Shown here piece after piece: positions 1-11,476 of a DNA stretch of 64,000 nt (position 1 is its first letter; every line of letters begins with the position of its first letter). The position numbers and the translations under genes are program-made. Below the pieces are notes generated by a model that ran no database searches, was not told the DNA's origin, and was given only the letters and a program-made list of their open reading frames with translations. The stretch is from Raillietiella orientalis (lineage: Eukaryota), in contig JAYWIR010000009.1 of assembly GCA_036172245.1 (NCBI GenBank), forward strand, positions 930,001 to 994,000. The letters run 5' to 3'.

Positions 1-1357
1 AACGCTCGATCACCGTCACGTGATCTCTCTCCTGGCCCCATTCCTCGTCGTCGCCAGTGACGCTGCTGCGAAAGGGGCCATTAGCACCGAAAGGAGCCAC
101 AAATCCCTACCACCGAGGCATCAGCGCCAATGGGGGTGCTCCGGCTGCATCCCGCGCGAAACCAAGGTCCCTCGAACCAGCCGGTGAGAGCCGCTCATTC
201 AGGGAGGAAAGGGACGGGAATTTGCGGCGAAGGTCCCGTTCGTCCTGAAGGTGGGGAGTTGACTCCGGCGCCGCCCGAAGCGCCCACGCACTTTCGGATG
301 CTCGTCGCCCGGTTACGTGCACGCGAGGACATACACACCCGTCCCCGTGGTGGGTGTGACCAGGCCATGCACGCACCGGTCACGTCAGGGGCACGCGTGG
401 TACCGTGCACGTGAGAGGCTGCACGTAGGCGAAAGGCAGAGTGGCGGCGACTCAAGAACAGAGCCGCCTCCAAGGTCCTCTCTGTCTCAGGGGCTGCTTC
501 CCAAGCCAGCGCCCTCTTCTTCGCCCGGACAGCGCCCGGCTGGGGATCCCTGCGCTCCTCGAAAGGGTGCCGCCTGCTTCCTTGGCTGACCGCCTTCCCG
601 CCAGCATCGTGCGCGCGCAGCACCATTTCCCTCGCGCTCGTTACGCAGGAAGAGGTCGGTCGCGGTTTGGAGGGTGCCTGTGCACTCAGCCTCTGCCCTC
701 CAGGAAAGGCACGCGTGTTCCCAGGGGCATTCTCCGTGTCGCGCTCTCCCTGTCCCTCTTGGGAGATGCAGCTCGCTGGCACTGCAGTGGTGGCGTGCTC
801 GGGAGGCTGCCCTGCCTGGTCAACGAGCGCGGCTGGCATTGTCCTTTGAGTTTGCGAGTAGAAGTGAGGACTCTGGTCCCGTGGTCCCCAGCGAAATCAG
901 GAGGGATCATCCTCAGAGGCCTGAGAACCTCACCTGCGGACTCGTCCGTCGCTGCAAGAACTCCCACTCCGCTCCTGCCGCGTGCTTTCGACCTGTCCTC
1001 TGACCACGTACCCACCTTGTCGCCGTCACGCCAAACGCGCACTGGGGAGGACGGACCACCGAGCCAAAAGCGCACTCCCCCTCGCGGACAACGGGGAGGT
1101 GGCCTCCTTTCACCCAGCGGTTAGGCAAAGAGGTGAGGGCGGCTAACTCAGGGCGCCCCATCAGCCAGATCTGCCTCCTCCTCGGTCGGATCGAGAGAGT
1201 GCCCTGACCCCACACCCCCAGAAACGAGTGAGCCAGGGAGATGGAGCCAGGTGCGCGCCTTCTCGAGTGTGGTCACTGCCATACTGGCTTGCTTATGCTC
1301 CCCTGCGCTGACGCCACGGCGGAAAGATGTCACCAGCAGAAGTAACTGTAGGTGCTA

Positions 1358-1445
1358 ACCTTCCTCCTTTCCTCCTCTTCTCTTCTCCTCCACCTGCTCC
1401 TCCTTTCCACTTCCTCTTCCTCCTTTTCCCTTCCCCTTCCCTTAG
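1358..1445. repeat. Pyrimidine-rich (CTC/CTT)n tract
   Basis: Directly visible. Confidence 0.7.
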
Positions 1446-1994
1446 GAAGGAAGCTTCCTCCTATTCTTTGCATCTTCAGCTCTCATCCTGAGCCCACCTT
1501 GTGCCGGCTGCACGCGTCTCAACGCGTGCAGGCCACGTGAGCGCGCCAGAAAGTGCAATGGCGGCGGTCTTGTGCAAGGTCACTTGCGAGTTGCCCCGAG
1601 GTCACGGAGAGGTTCATTCGCTCAGAGGAACCCGGCGGGCGAGAGAGCTGCCCCTGTTCGGCGGGGCAGGCTGCCGCCTCTCCCTGCGATTCCCAGGGCA
1701 TGAGCGCTGCCGCGGATCGAACGAACGGACCATGGATTTCATGCGTTCGTGCGCGTCCGCGAGAGCGGCCAGCTGGGGAACGGAGAGGAAGGGATGCGAC
1801 AACCTTGGAAACGCGTTGGAAGCGCGCTCCTCTCCTCCCCCCCCCCTTCCGTCTCCGGATCGGAGACAGAGGAAGAAAGAGGGGGAAGAAAGGGAACGCG
1901 GAATTCTCCCTCCTCCGCGAGGGTGCGCGCCCGGCGAGCGCCGACGGCGCTTCCTTCTCCTCCGTCACTGAGTTTTTTTTCTTCCCCCTCACAG

Positions 1995-4900
1995 GGGATG
2001 AAGTTCCTCCACTCCTCTCCCGTCGGGGTCCACGGCCACCTGACGTCCAAGAACTGCATCGTCGACGGAAGGTGGACACTCAAGGTCACCGACTACGCCG
2101 TGTGCCTCCTGCACGCGGCACAAAAGCTTCCGCACCCTCACGTGTGCCCCGAAGGTGAGCGGACGGGTTGCCGGACGGGCTCCATGCTTCAGGTCAGCGG
2201 CACACCAGGGGAGGCATCTCCCAGTCCCGCGGGGAGCCTCCTCGACCGCTCCCCGCATCCCTTCCTCCTAGGCGAAAGGGAGAGCCCTGGCGAAGGCTGG
2301 TCTGCTGCCGCTGAGGGCGGGGGTAGGGTCCCTTCTTCCCGACTCCTTCCCTCCCCCTTCTCTCACGCCTCCCCACCCTCCCCCAGACCTGCTCTGGCAC
2401 GCCCCAGAGGTGCTGAGAGACGAGGACCTGCTGCACAGGGGCACCACCCGAGGTGACGTCTTCAGCTTCGCCATCGTCATGCAGGAGATCATCGCACAGG
2501 CGCTGCCGTACCACATGCTCCACCTGCCGCACGAAGGTGAGGCGCCCGAGACGTTTCCCGGGCAGCCCCGCCCGACGCCCGAGATACCCAGGGGACGCCC
2601 GCCGCTTCGGCTGGCGAGTCAGCAGCGGAACTCTCCGACCTCTTCTCGGGTTCCCGTCTGGATACTGGCTGCTTCTCTGCCACCCTGGGACCCGGGTTGG
2701 CTGGTGCTGCACGCACGCACGCGCGGGAGCACCGAGTTCCGCGGGAGGCACGTCGGGACCGCGCGCGGATCCCGTCCCGGAGGCAGCTCAAGGGGCCGGC
2801 GGGCCGTCCGCGCGAGTCCTTCCTGGCATCTGGATGTCCCCGACTGCCAAAATGACGGTGGCGGGACGAGGAGTGCCATCTGCGCTCTCTATAACCTCCG
2901 TCCGTGCACCCGCCGGAGTCCCTCTGCTCCGCGGAGGTGATCCGGTCGAGCGGCCTGCGGTCGTCCTGGTGACGTCCCGGAAACTCCGGACGCGTGCGCG
3001 TCTCCTGCTCCCGCTCGACGGAGAGCAGCGGCGGCGAGGGGGCGGATCGTCGTCGCGGCTTCTCCCCTCTTCCCTCCCAGGCGCCGCCGGCCTGCACCAT
3101 CCGACGGCGACCTCTCGGAGTGGGAGCGGAAAGCTGGACGTGGGAAAGACTGTGGGGAGAACGCGTCGTCCTCGTCCGTTGCGCGGCGCTGCAAGTCTGC
3201 GCAACCCGACCGGGGCTGCGGGGCGGCTTCTCCCCGCTGCTCCGGAGAACGCGCGTTCCAGGTCGTGAGGACCGATACCGGGGGCTGCGGACCGGACTCC
3301 CCGAGCACTTCGCGGGGATGGGAACGCCTACCGTCCGGGAGCTCCTCCGGCTTTTTCCTGGCCTACCCAGTGGGAGGCCGCCGCCCCTGGTCCGGAGACA
3401 CTCCCGGTGTCCTGGGGGACCGCTCAGGGGTCCTCACATTTCTACCCTCCAGCCCAGGGAGCATCGGACCGGCTCCGCTTCCCGACGACGGCAAGAGGCG
3501 CGGGACGCTGTGAGGGAGTCCCGGAGGCTCGATCGGGGCGGATCCCGCAACAATCCAGCGCGCAGGAATTCCCTGCTCTTCCCTCCCATTCCCCCCTTTC
3601 GATTTCCGCGGCAACGGCCGCCTGCGTCTTCGGCGACGAGCGTCCCGGCTGGCGCCTCGCTCCTGCGGGAACGTCTGATCGGACCCCCTACGAGCTCAGC
3701 AGTGGTCCCGGAGGCAGCCCATGAGGCCGTCCGCGTGAGTCCTCCTGGGCGCGTGGATGTCCCCGACTGCCAAAACAACGGTGGCGGGACGAGGAGTGCC
3801 ATCTGCGCTCTCTGCAGCCTCCGTCCGTGGACCGCCGGAGTCTCTCTGCTCCGCGGCGGTGATCCGTTCGAGCGGCCTGTGGCCGTCCTGGAGACGTCCC
3901 GGAAACTCCGGACGCACGCGCGTCCCCTCGCCCCCTCCCCCTCCCTCGAGACCTATCTGACGCGCTCTCCGGCGCCGGTGCGGCGGGGACGCCGCGCCGA
4001 GGGGTCGAGTGAACGGGAGAGAAAGGCCAGGGCGATGGAGGGTTGGGGTTGGAATCCCGACGGCGCGCTGGTCTCCCGGAACGACGGGCCTCCCTGGCGC
4101 CTGCCGAACACGGCGGTCCACCTCGGAAGGCCGCCGCGAAGGGGCCAGCCAGTCGTCCTTCAAGGAAGGGGACGGGAGTGGAGGGGAGTATGCCGTCGCG
4201 GCCCGCTTGGAGCTCGGGAGCCGAGGGGGGCGACTCTCGGTGGCAGGGGGAAAGCGCCGGCTGCTGCAGCCACTCGGGCCGCCCTCCCTTGGAGAATCCC
4301 TTCCCTGTCCCGAGGGCGCTGCGAAACGCCACCAACACCGCCCCTGGCGAATGGAGTCCCTCCGGTTTCCAGAGATCATAAACAAGCTGAAGAAGCTGCC
4401 TCCGACGCTGATCCGGCCCTCGATTTCCAAGCAGATGGCTCCCCTGGAGGCCATCGGTCTCATGAAGGCCTGCTGGGATGAGAACCCGGAGAACCGCCCG
4501 ACTTTCCGCACCATCCTGGAAGTCCTGAAGAAGATGAACCACGGGAGGTGAGCAGCCTGCCGATCCGACTGAGAGGTGGCGCAGCGCACGCCTTCCGAGC
4601 GTCTTCCCCACCCCCACCCCTTTTAATTTCGCGCAGGCTAATTACGTAATCGCAGTGCCGAGCGCCGAAGTTTGCCCGAGCGGCTGCGAAAGGAAGCAAA
4701 AAAATCGATGCAGGGCGGCGGGAAGGCAACATTGTTGGGAGGGCGGGGGGAGGGGGGAGGGGGGGGACGGCTCTCTGCGGCTGCGCAGTCGGAAAGCGTC
4801 GATCGCGTTTAACGGCGCAGTTCGTAAAGTGGGAAAGCGGGAAGCGTGACGAGCGCGCCGATCGCGGTGCAGGATCGCCACGTCGTTTCCTGAAAAAAAA

Positions 4901-7900
4901 AAAAGAAAAGAGAAAAAAAAAAAAAGAAAGAGAAAAGAAAATGAATAAGCGTGCCGCAACGGTCCGCGCCCCCATCCGCCTCCCTGCGAAGGTGCTGTTT
5001 CGTTATTTTTTCCTTGTTTGCTTTTTGGAGAGGAAGGGAGGTGGAACCCGGGAAGCCACTCTTAAAAATTTGCGCGGGAGTGCAGAGACGCTGCCTTCGA
5101 AATACCCCCTCCCCCATACTCGCCGCCTGCGCGCGCGGACCAAGTCGTGCGGTCGTTTTATTTTATTTTTTCTTCTTTTTCCTTCGTCGTTCTCATGATC
5201 CGGGAGCTGAGTGGGAAGCTCGGAAGGGGAGATTTTTGCGTGAGCTGCTGTTGACGGTTGGATCATTGGGTCAACGAAGGGAGTCGCCGTTCCTCTCTCG
5301 GAGCGCGCCCTCGTGTTCAGTCGAGCGCTCGATCCTCTCGTGCGGCTGGGGAGGGAGTAGGCAGGGGAAATGCAGAGAGGCGCCTTAGACCGGGCGTGAA
5401 GCTAGCCCCTACCTCCCGCTCCCTTCCCTAGCGATCTGCTCTCCTGCATATTCGGGGCGACGGGCAGCGAGACCTCTGCGTACGCGAGGCGTGGCGGAGA
5501 AAATGCGGAAGGTGGCGGCGCGACGAGCGGAGCAGCTCGGGGGTGAAAGTGGGACCACAGCTGCGGCAGCCCCCGGGGAAAAACAAACAAACGAACACGC
5601 ACACAATAAAAAATCGATGCCGCTCGGATGTCTCTCTGGGAGCGGCCGCGACAGGACCACGCGCAGGCGACGAGCGAGCCGCGCCAGAAGCAAGAGAATG
5701 GCAGCTGGTTGCGATCGCTCCCTCCCTGTCTCGCATCCGGTCTTCCGGTACGCAGACCTTCCCTCATGCACAGGGCTGCAGACGAGGACCGTTTGCACAA
5801 GGACCCTTTCCCGCGCGCGCCGCTCGCTTTCCGGAGACAGAGGCACTGCCGTTCGCCGTAGCCCTTGTGGAACGCGCGCTGGCCCCGAGGCCAGTGCCGG
5901 CGCCATCGTCCCGCATTTCTGGCGCCGCCCGTCCTTCACGCCTCCGGTGGGTGCGTGCCTGCTCCCCATCCTCCGGGCGAATCCTGAACCCTCCTTCCTT
6001 TCAGGAAGCTGAACATCGTGGACACCATGTTGTCCATGCTGGAGAAGTACTCCAACAACCTGGAGGGTCTCGTCCGGGAGAGGACCAAGGAGCTGCACAT
6101 TGAGAAGAGGAAGACGGAGCAGCTGCTGAACCGCATGCTCCCTGGGTGAGTTCTGCTGCCCTAGGGAGGGCAGGTGTCACTTGTAAGACCACTACTGCTC
6201 CGAGTGGAGATTCGTAGGAGACCTCGCTCCGCAGCGGCGGGGCATGAGGCTCCTGCTCGCCCCTGCAACCGGTCCTCTTGCCCTTTTCCCCGTCTGTTCC
6301 CTTCTCGGCGGCACTAGAGAAGAGAAGCACTTCGGAGCCGCTACTGCCACCCTCGTCCTTCTCCGCGGTCCTCTTCGGCCGCTTCCCGGGAAAATCGCCC
6401 CATCATTCTCGGCTGGACTCTGAGGTCGTCGCCGATGGCACGCTGCGCGCGTCAGAAAGCTCCCGGAAAAAGGAGGAGGCGCAGAGGCTTGAGGAACGGC
6501 TCTGTGCCCCTCCCCTTTGCCCGCGCCTCGACCCACGCGCCCAGGCAGAGCGGAGACTCTTCGAAGCAGTAGATGCACACGACTGACCTCGGAAGCCGGA
6601 GGGCGCGGAAGGGGTGACCAGAAGAAAAATGCAGTCGGAAGGGGACGCGCGGCGTCCTTCCATGGCTGGCTGTAGGGTCGGGGAAAAGGTGACTAGGGGT
6701 TTCGGCCTCGGGTCAGATCCGCCTTCCGCTTCCCTCAGGGTGTACTCCGCCCCTTTTCACAGTTCCTCTTCCTCTACTGGAGGAGCAGGAGGTTGGTGAC
6801 TCCGCAAACCTCGGATCGCCTCCGCGGGATCGGCACGTCGGAAATGGAGGAAGTCAGAAGGGCGGCAGGGGTCGGACGATCGCGCGGAAACGCATCCAGA
6901 GGCTTCCGGCGAAGAAGCGACGGCAGGACCGCCCGTTGGTCCCCCGAAGGGGTCGATTTCGTCCGGCGGGAACGAACGAGCGGCTCTCCCGGTGGGAGAG
7001 CTGGCTCGGGGGTGTTTCCGGGAAACGGCAAGGCGCTGACGGGCCAGGAAGCGGCACGCGGGCGCACCGTGGCAGAGAACAGGGTCGGGGCGAAGGAAGG
7101 CGAGGCCACGACGCGAGCAGAGAGGCGGTGGGGCACGCGGAAGCTGCAACGCAGGCTCGACACGCCGGGAAAGACGCCTCCCGAGGAGCGCCTTCCCCGT
7201 CCTCTCCGCGCGTTCCTTTCGCGTGCCTCCTCCCGCGCCGGAGATAGGTCGTTCTAGACGCCTCCTGGCCTCCGGGAAGGCCTTCCCGAGTGAGCTGGTA
7301 GTTGACTCTCCAGCCCTGCTCTCTCGACAAGGTGCGCTTGCGCACCCCATTTGTCCGCCTCGGGTGCTGCACGTCCGGAGACACTCAGGAGACGTCCGCC
7401 GCTTGGTCTGGCGAGCCGGCAGCGAAACTCTCTCACCTCTTCTCGGAGGTCCGGCCAGGATGCCGCTTGGCACCCGCCGCTTGTCCGCAGTCCCGTGGCC
7501 CGGGTTGGTTGGTGCTGCACGCACACGCGTGCGTGAGCGTCACGTTCCGCGGGAGGCGGGTCGGGACCGCGCGTGGATCCCAGCGCCGGAGGCGAGGCGA
7601 GCGGCTGCTTCGCGCGGTTGGTCGGGTTCCCTCAAGGGCGCGCAGAAGCAAGACCCCCTCCCCCCCCTCCATTCATCAGAGGACGCGCGCGCGCGCCCGC
7701 GGCGGAGCTTTGCGTGGGTGTCCTCTTCGTCTCACTCCGGGCAACGTCCCTTCCTTCTTTCCAGCTACGTCGCCGAGCAGCTGAAGCTGGGCTTGAGAGT
7801 GGACCCGGAGGAATTCCAAGAGGTGACCATCTACTTTTCCGATATCGTGGATTTCACGTCCATCTCCGTCCTATCCACGCCTTTCGAGGTCGTGGACCTC

Positions 7901-10655
7901 CTCAATGACCTCTACTCTTGCTTCGACTCCAGGATATCCGCCTACGACGTGTACAAGGTACGTCTGCGCACGACCCCGTCTGCACCGCCGCTCCCGGCCG
8001 AAGAGATCCTTCCCGCCCATGCGGCCACGCGGGTGCTGCTGCGAGATGGCGGCGGGCAACGGGCGATCGGGTCGCGCCCCGGAAGGGCTGGGCGCTTTCC
8101 TCCGGGAGGGAGGGAGGGCACAGGAAACGCAGCAGAAAGGTCGGACCAGAGTTCTTTCGCGCCCGATGATGACGATGAGGGTAGTAGTGATGGTGGTGGT
8201 GGCGATGACGGTGATACTGATGGTGTTGATGATAATAACGACGATGTTGATGGTGACGGTGATGATAATAATAATGATGATGATGATGACTGTGATGATG
8301 ACGGCTGCGGTGGTGATGGTGATGATAACAGTGATGTTAATGGTGTCGAGGATGGTAATTAACGACGACACTGATGGTGACGTTGATGATGATGAGGATG
8401 TTGATGGTGACAATGACAATGACGACGATAATGATGATGATGGTGATGGTGATGCCTATGACGACGACGACGACGACGATGGTGATGATGACGATGATGA
8501 TGAGGAAGAAGAAGAAGAAACTGAAAACTGAAGACAGGGAAAGGGAGTGACAGCGAGCCGCCGGAAGATCAGAAAGACCCAAGTCGCGCGCAGCTGCTCC
8601 CACGCTGCCCCGGGGGAAAAGTCCAGATGGTTTTGGGAGCCCCGGGGGTTCTGCTCCCCCAGCATTGAATCCCCGCAGGATGTGGCGCGAAGCCGATGGA
8701 TCAGAGCCGGCGCTTCACGAGGAGGCAGCCGCCGGGTCTTCCAGGCAGAAGAGCGGCCGTCCAGCCTTTCGGGAGCGGCTGCCCAGCAGACCGCAGAGTG
8801 GAAGGGGGAGACCGAGAAAGGAGAGAAGCGCCGTGCCCAGGAGACCGACGGCGGCCACGACATGCGAGCAAGGGGGTTCCTGCCCTAGCGAGCTCGCGAG
8901 GTCAGATGGGCCATCAGGTCTGGAAGGGGCAGCAGGGAGCACCTCCGCTCCACCCTCGCTCGCAGGGATCCCACGAGACGGCGGCAATCCCCGATGCGCG
9001 TCGTCGTTCCCCGCCGGCCTGGGATGCGCGCACGTCCGGAGCGACGGGGACGAGAGGTTGCCAGGGGGTGCGATTGGCGCGAGGGCCCGTCGGGCAGCGG
9101 CGGCGGTGGCCTGCGAGCGCCAAGACGCACCGCCGAGACGAAGCCTTCGAGGGACCGGCTTGAGGGACGTACGCACGCGCGCGACGGCCGATTCTGGCAG
9201 CCACCCGTCCTCCCGTTCCTGTGGCTGTGGCCCCCGCATCGTCCCTGCGACTCTCTTCACACGGCGGCTGGGCTTCAGAAGGGTCCTCTGCTCCGGAAAT
9301 CACCCCTTCCGCTCCATGCTTTGCGACGACGTCGTCACCCTACTCGGAACGCGCGCGAACGGGAAGCCGCCATCCGGAACAGCCCGTAGTTCGCTTCCCA
9401 CCACCCTGGGGCCGCCACCCGACCATGGAGCCGTGGAGACGGGAATCGGAATTGGAGCCGGAAAAGGGGGGGAAGGGAAGGGGGGGATAAGCGGGACGTG
9501 AGACGGCGAAGGAGCTCTCTGGACCGACCCTCTGCAAGGGCTTGCACGGTGAGGTGCTGTCTGGACGCCAGCGTGGGAGCAGCTGCGCGCGACTCGGGTC
9601 TTTCTGATCTTCAAGCGGCTCGCCGTCCCTCCTTTCTCTGTTTTCGATTTTCCTTTTCTTCTTCTTCCTCCTCTTCCTCCTCATCACCACTATGATCGTC
9701 ATCGCAATCACCATCACCACCATCGCCGTCGTCCTCGCCATCATCGTTTCCTGCCGGCGCAGCGGCCCTTCGCCTTCTCTGTTCTCTTTTCCCTTCTTCC
9801 CACCTCTGGGAACTTCGCAGGTACGCGAGAGGGGAGCTGCCGGCTGGCGTGGCCGCAGGGCTGCTTTCCTCGCCCTCTTCCTTTCTGCGTGCCCAGGCGC
9901 TCCCCCGCGCCACCAAGAGGTGCGCTCCCCGAGGGACGCCGCCTCCTAGTCCGCGTGCACCAGAGATGGCAGCCTTCCCACTCGCAAGCAACGGGGGCGA
10001 TGCGGGCAAAGCGCGGATGCCCAGCTCACACCCACCCACCACGCTTGCCCGCTCTTGCAGGTGGAGACGATCGGGGACGCCTACATGGTGGTGAGCGGTG
10101 CGCCCATCCGGATCGAGGACCACGCCGAGCAGATCTCCACGATGGCGCTCGACCTGCTGCACGAGAGCGGCAAGTTCAAAATCCGCCATATGCCGGAGCG
10201 GTCGCTGATGCTACGGATCGGCATCCACACGGGTGAGCGGGCACGGGGGAGCCCGGCGGCGACTGTGGGAGGGCTGCCTTCGGTGTCGTTCAGGTCCCGT
10301 GTGCGCCGGGGTCGTCGGGATCACCATGCCGAGGTACTGCCTCTTCGGCGACACGGTGAACACGGCCTCCAGGATGGAGTCCACCGGTGAGAAGGATAGG
10401 GGGGCGACCCACCCTACCTGCAACTGTCCCCCTCTGACACCGCTCCGGGGAAACCCAGGTGCGGCCTGCAAGATCCACATCTCCTCCACCACCAAGGAGA
10501 AGCTGGAGAGCGCCGGTGGCTACGACATCCAGTTCCGAGGGGAGGTGGAGCTCAAGGGCAAGGGGAAGCACCCGACGTACTGGCTGCTCGGCAAGGTCGG
10601 CTTCGTCAAGCAGCTCCCGGACGTGTCCGGTGCGGGCAGGTCGCCCCTCGCGTGA
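1995..10655 (+). CDS. Receptor-type (membrane) guanylyl cyclase, 3' portion: kinase-homology domain, coiled-coil and cyclase domain. Exons 1995-2154, 2387-2536, 4373-4547, 6005-6145, 7765-7957, 10061-10232, 10294-10386, 10459-10655. 5' exons were not found in the window. The last exon or stop may extend further.
   Basis: All exons are bounded by AG/GT and their phases join (1281 nt). Motifs: [123 protein letters not shown]. The GTP-specifying Glu (VETIGD) and Cys (RYCLF) are present. From memory it resembles the insect MsGC-II/CG34357 ('retinal GC-like') group; this was not verified by search. Confidence 0.95.
2578..3002 (+). repeat. Dispersed repeat family, copy A (longest)
   Basis: 2774-3002 matches 3705-3924 and 2578-2783 matches 7375-7593. 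All copies are in cyclase introns in the same orientation. Confidence 0.85.
3705..3924 (+). repeat. Dispersed repeat family, copy B
   Basis: Shares ggatgtccccgactgccaaaa..acggtggcgggacgaggagtgccatctgcgctctct..gacgtcccggaaactccggacgc with copy A. Confidence 0.85.
7375..7593 (+). repeat. Dispersed repeat family, copy C
   Basis: Shares ccgccgctt..ctggcgag..gcagcg.aactctc..cccgggttgg.tggtgctgcacgcac..ttccgcgggaggc..gtcgggaccgcgcg with copy A. Confidence 0.8.
8165..9748. repeat. Intronic inverted repeat: (GAT)n/(GAA)n plus a unique ~90-bp arm ending at 8607, mirrored at 9569-9748
   Basis: gaagatcagaaagacccRagtcgcgcgcagctgctcccacgctg (8564-8607) is the reverse complement of 9569-9612. The flanking trinucleotide tracts are also inverted. 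Confidence 0.85.
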
Positions 10656-11098
10656 GGTTGCCGTCTCGCTCTCGCCCGGAGTCTCCAGGCGCAGCCGACG
10701 CCGTCGCCGCCTCCTGCGGGTGGCTCGCCCGCTACCCCGGAGAGAAAGGGTCGCGCGCGGCCAAGGGAGGAAGAGGAGGAGGAACGCCCCCGCTTTGGAC
10801 TCTGCACCCTCCCCAGGAGGAATCTCGAAAGGCCCGCCGCCGCTGGCCTTGGCAGGTGGTGACGGGTCGGGACGTCGTGTCCGAGCGACCTCCGTCGCCT
10901 CTGCCTGCCGGCGGCGCGCAGCTCGCCGGCGAAGAGGAGAACCGGAGAGGCGCCGGCAAGGCGCGGGACGTGACCCCGGTCCGAGATCCAAGGATGCCGC
11001 CCTCCACCTTCTCCCTGCGAAAGAGGGGGCGGCGGCGGGGCAGCGCCGACCATGATGCTCGGTTGCTGAGGCCTCCCAAGACCCCTTCAACTTCTCCC

Positions 11099-11104
11099 AA
11101 TAAA
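11099..11104 (+). terminator. Putative poly(A) signal of the guanylyl cyclase
   Basis: First AATAAA after the last cyclase exon. Confidence 0.45.
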
Positions 11105-11284
11105 GGAAAAAAAAAGGAGAGGAGAAAAAGATGCTCCCTGGGGATGCGCGTTTTCCTATCTGTCCCACCCATCTCCGTCGCGATCCCTGCAGGGGGTTCC
11201 TCCCTTGGCAAGTTTCCACGGATGAGCAGCCGCAGAAACTCGGGACGGAATTCTCTCCGCTCCCGTTTTTTTTTTTTTTTTCCT

Positions 11285-11290
11285 TTTATT
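11285..11290 (-). terminator. Putative poly(A) signal of CTH
   Basis: AATAAA on the minus strand about 190 nt after the stop codon. Confidence 0.5.
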
Positions 11291-11476
11291 TCCGCTCCTT
11301 CCAAGAGCTCCCCCACCCCTCCTCCCCTTTCGAGGTTCCAAAAGCTCTCCCTCTCCGCCGGCCCCTAGGGATGAGAAAGGGCCCTTTTCCTCCGCTCCGC
11401 ACCACTCGGGAAGTCCTGCCAACCGAAGGAGGAGGAGGAGGGGTCGCTGTCTCATCCATCACCGGGGTGGTCTTCA

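Noticed and set aside
1508..1531. 10-bp hairpin CTGCACGCGT-CTCA-ACGCGTGCAG (and a 9-bp one near 13223-13242)
   Set aside because: Short enough to arise by chance in 64 kb of GC-rich DNA.
2994..4372. 495-aa and similar long ORFs in cyclase introns
   Set aside because: Low-complexity translations of GC-rich repeats with no recognisable domains.
4741..4770. G-runs with G-quadruplex potential (also near 47245, 56480 and 57075)
   Set aside because: G/C homopolymer runs are ubiquitous in this window, so individual sites are uninformative.
7958..8531. ORFs with poly-Asp or poly-Met/Val tails (7223-8362, 7905-8531)
   Set aside because: They are read-through of a canonical AAG|GTACGT donor into a (GAT)n microsatellite. 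The true protein continues at 10061.
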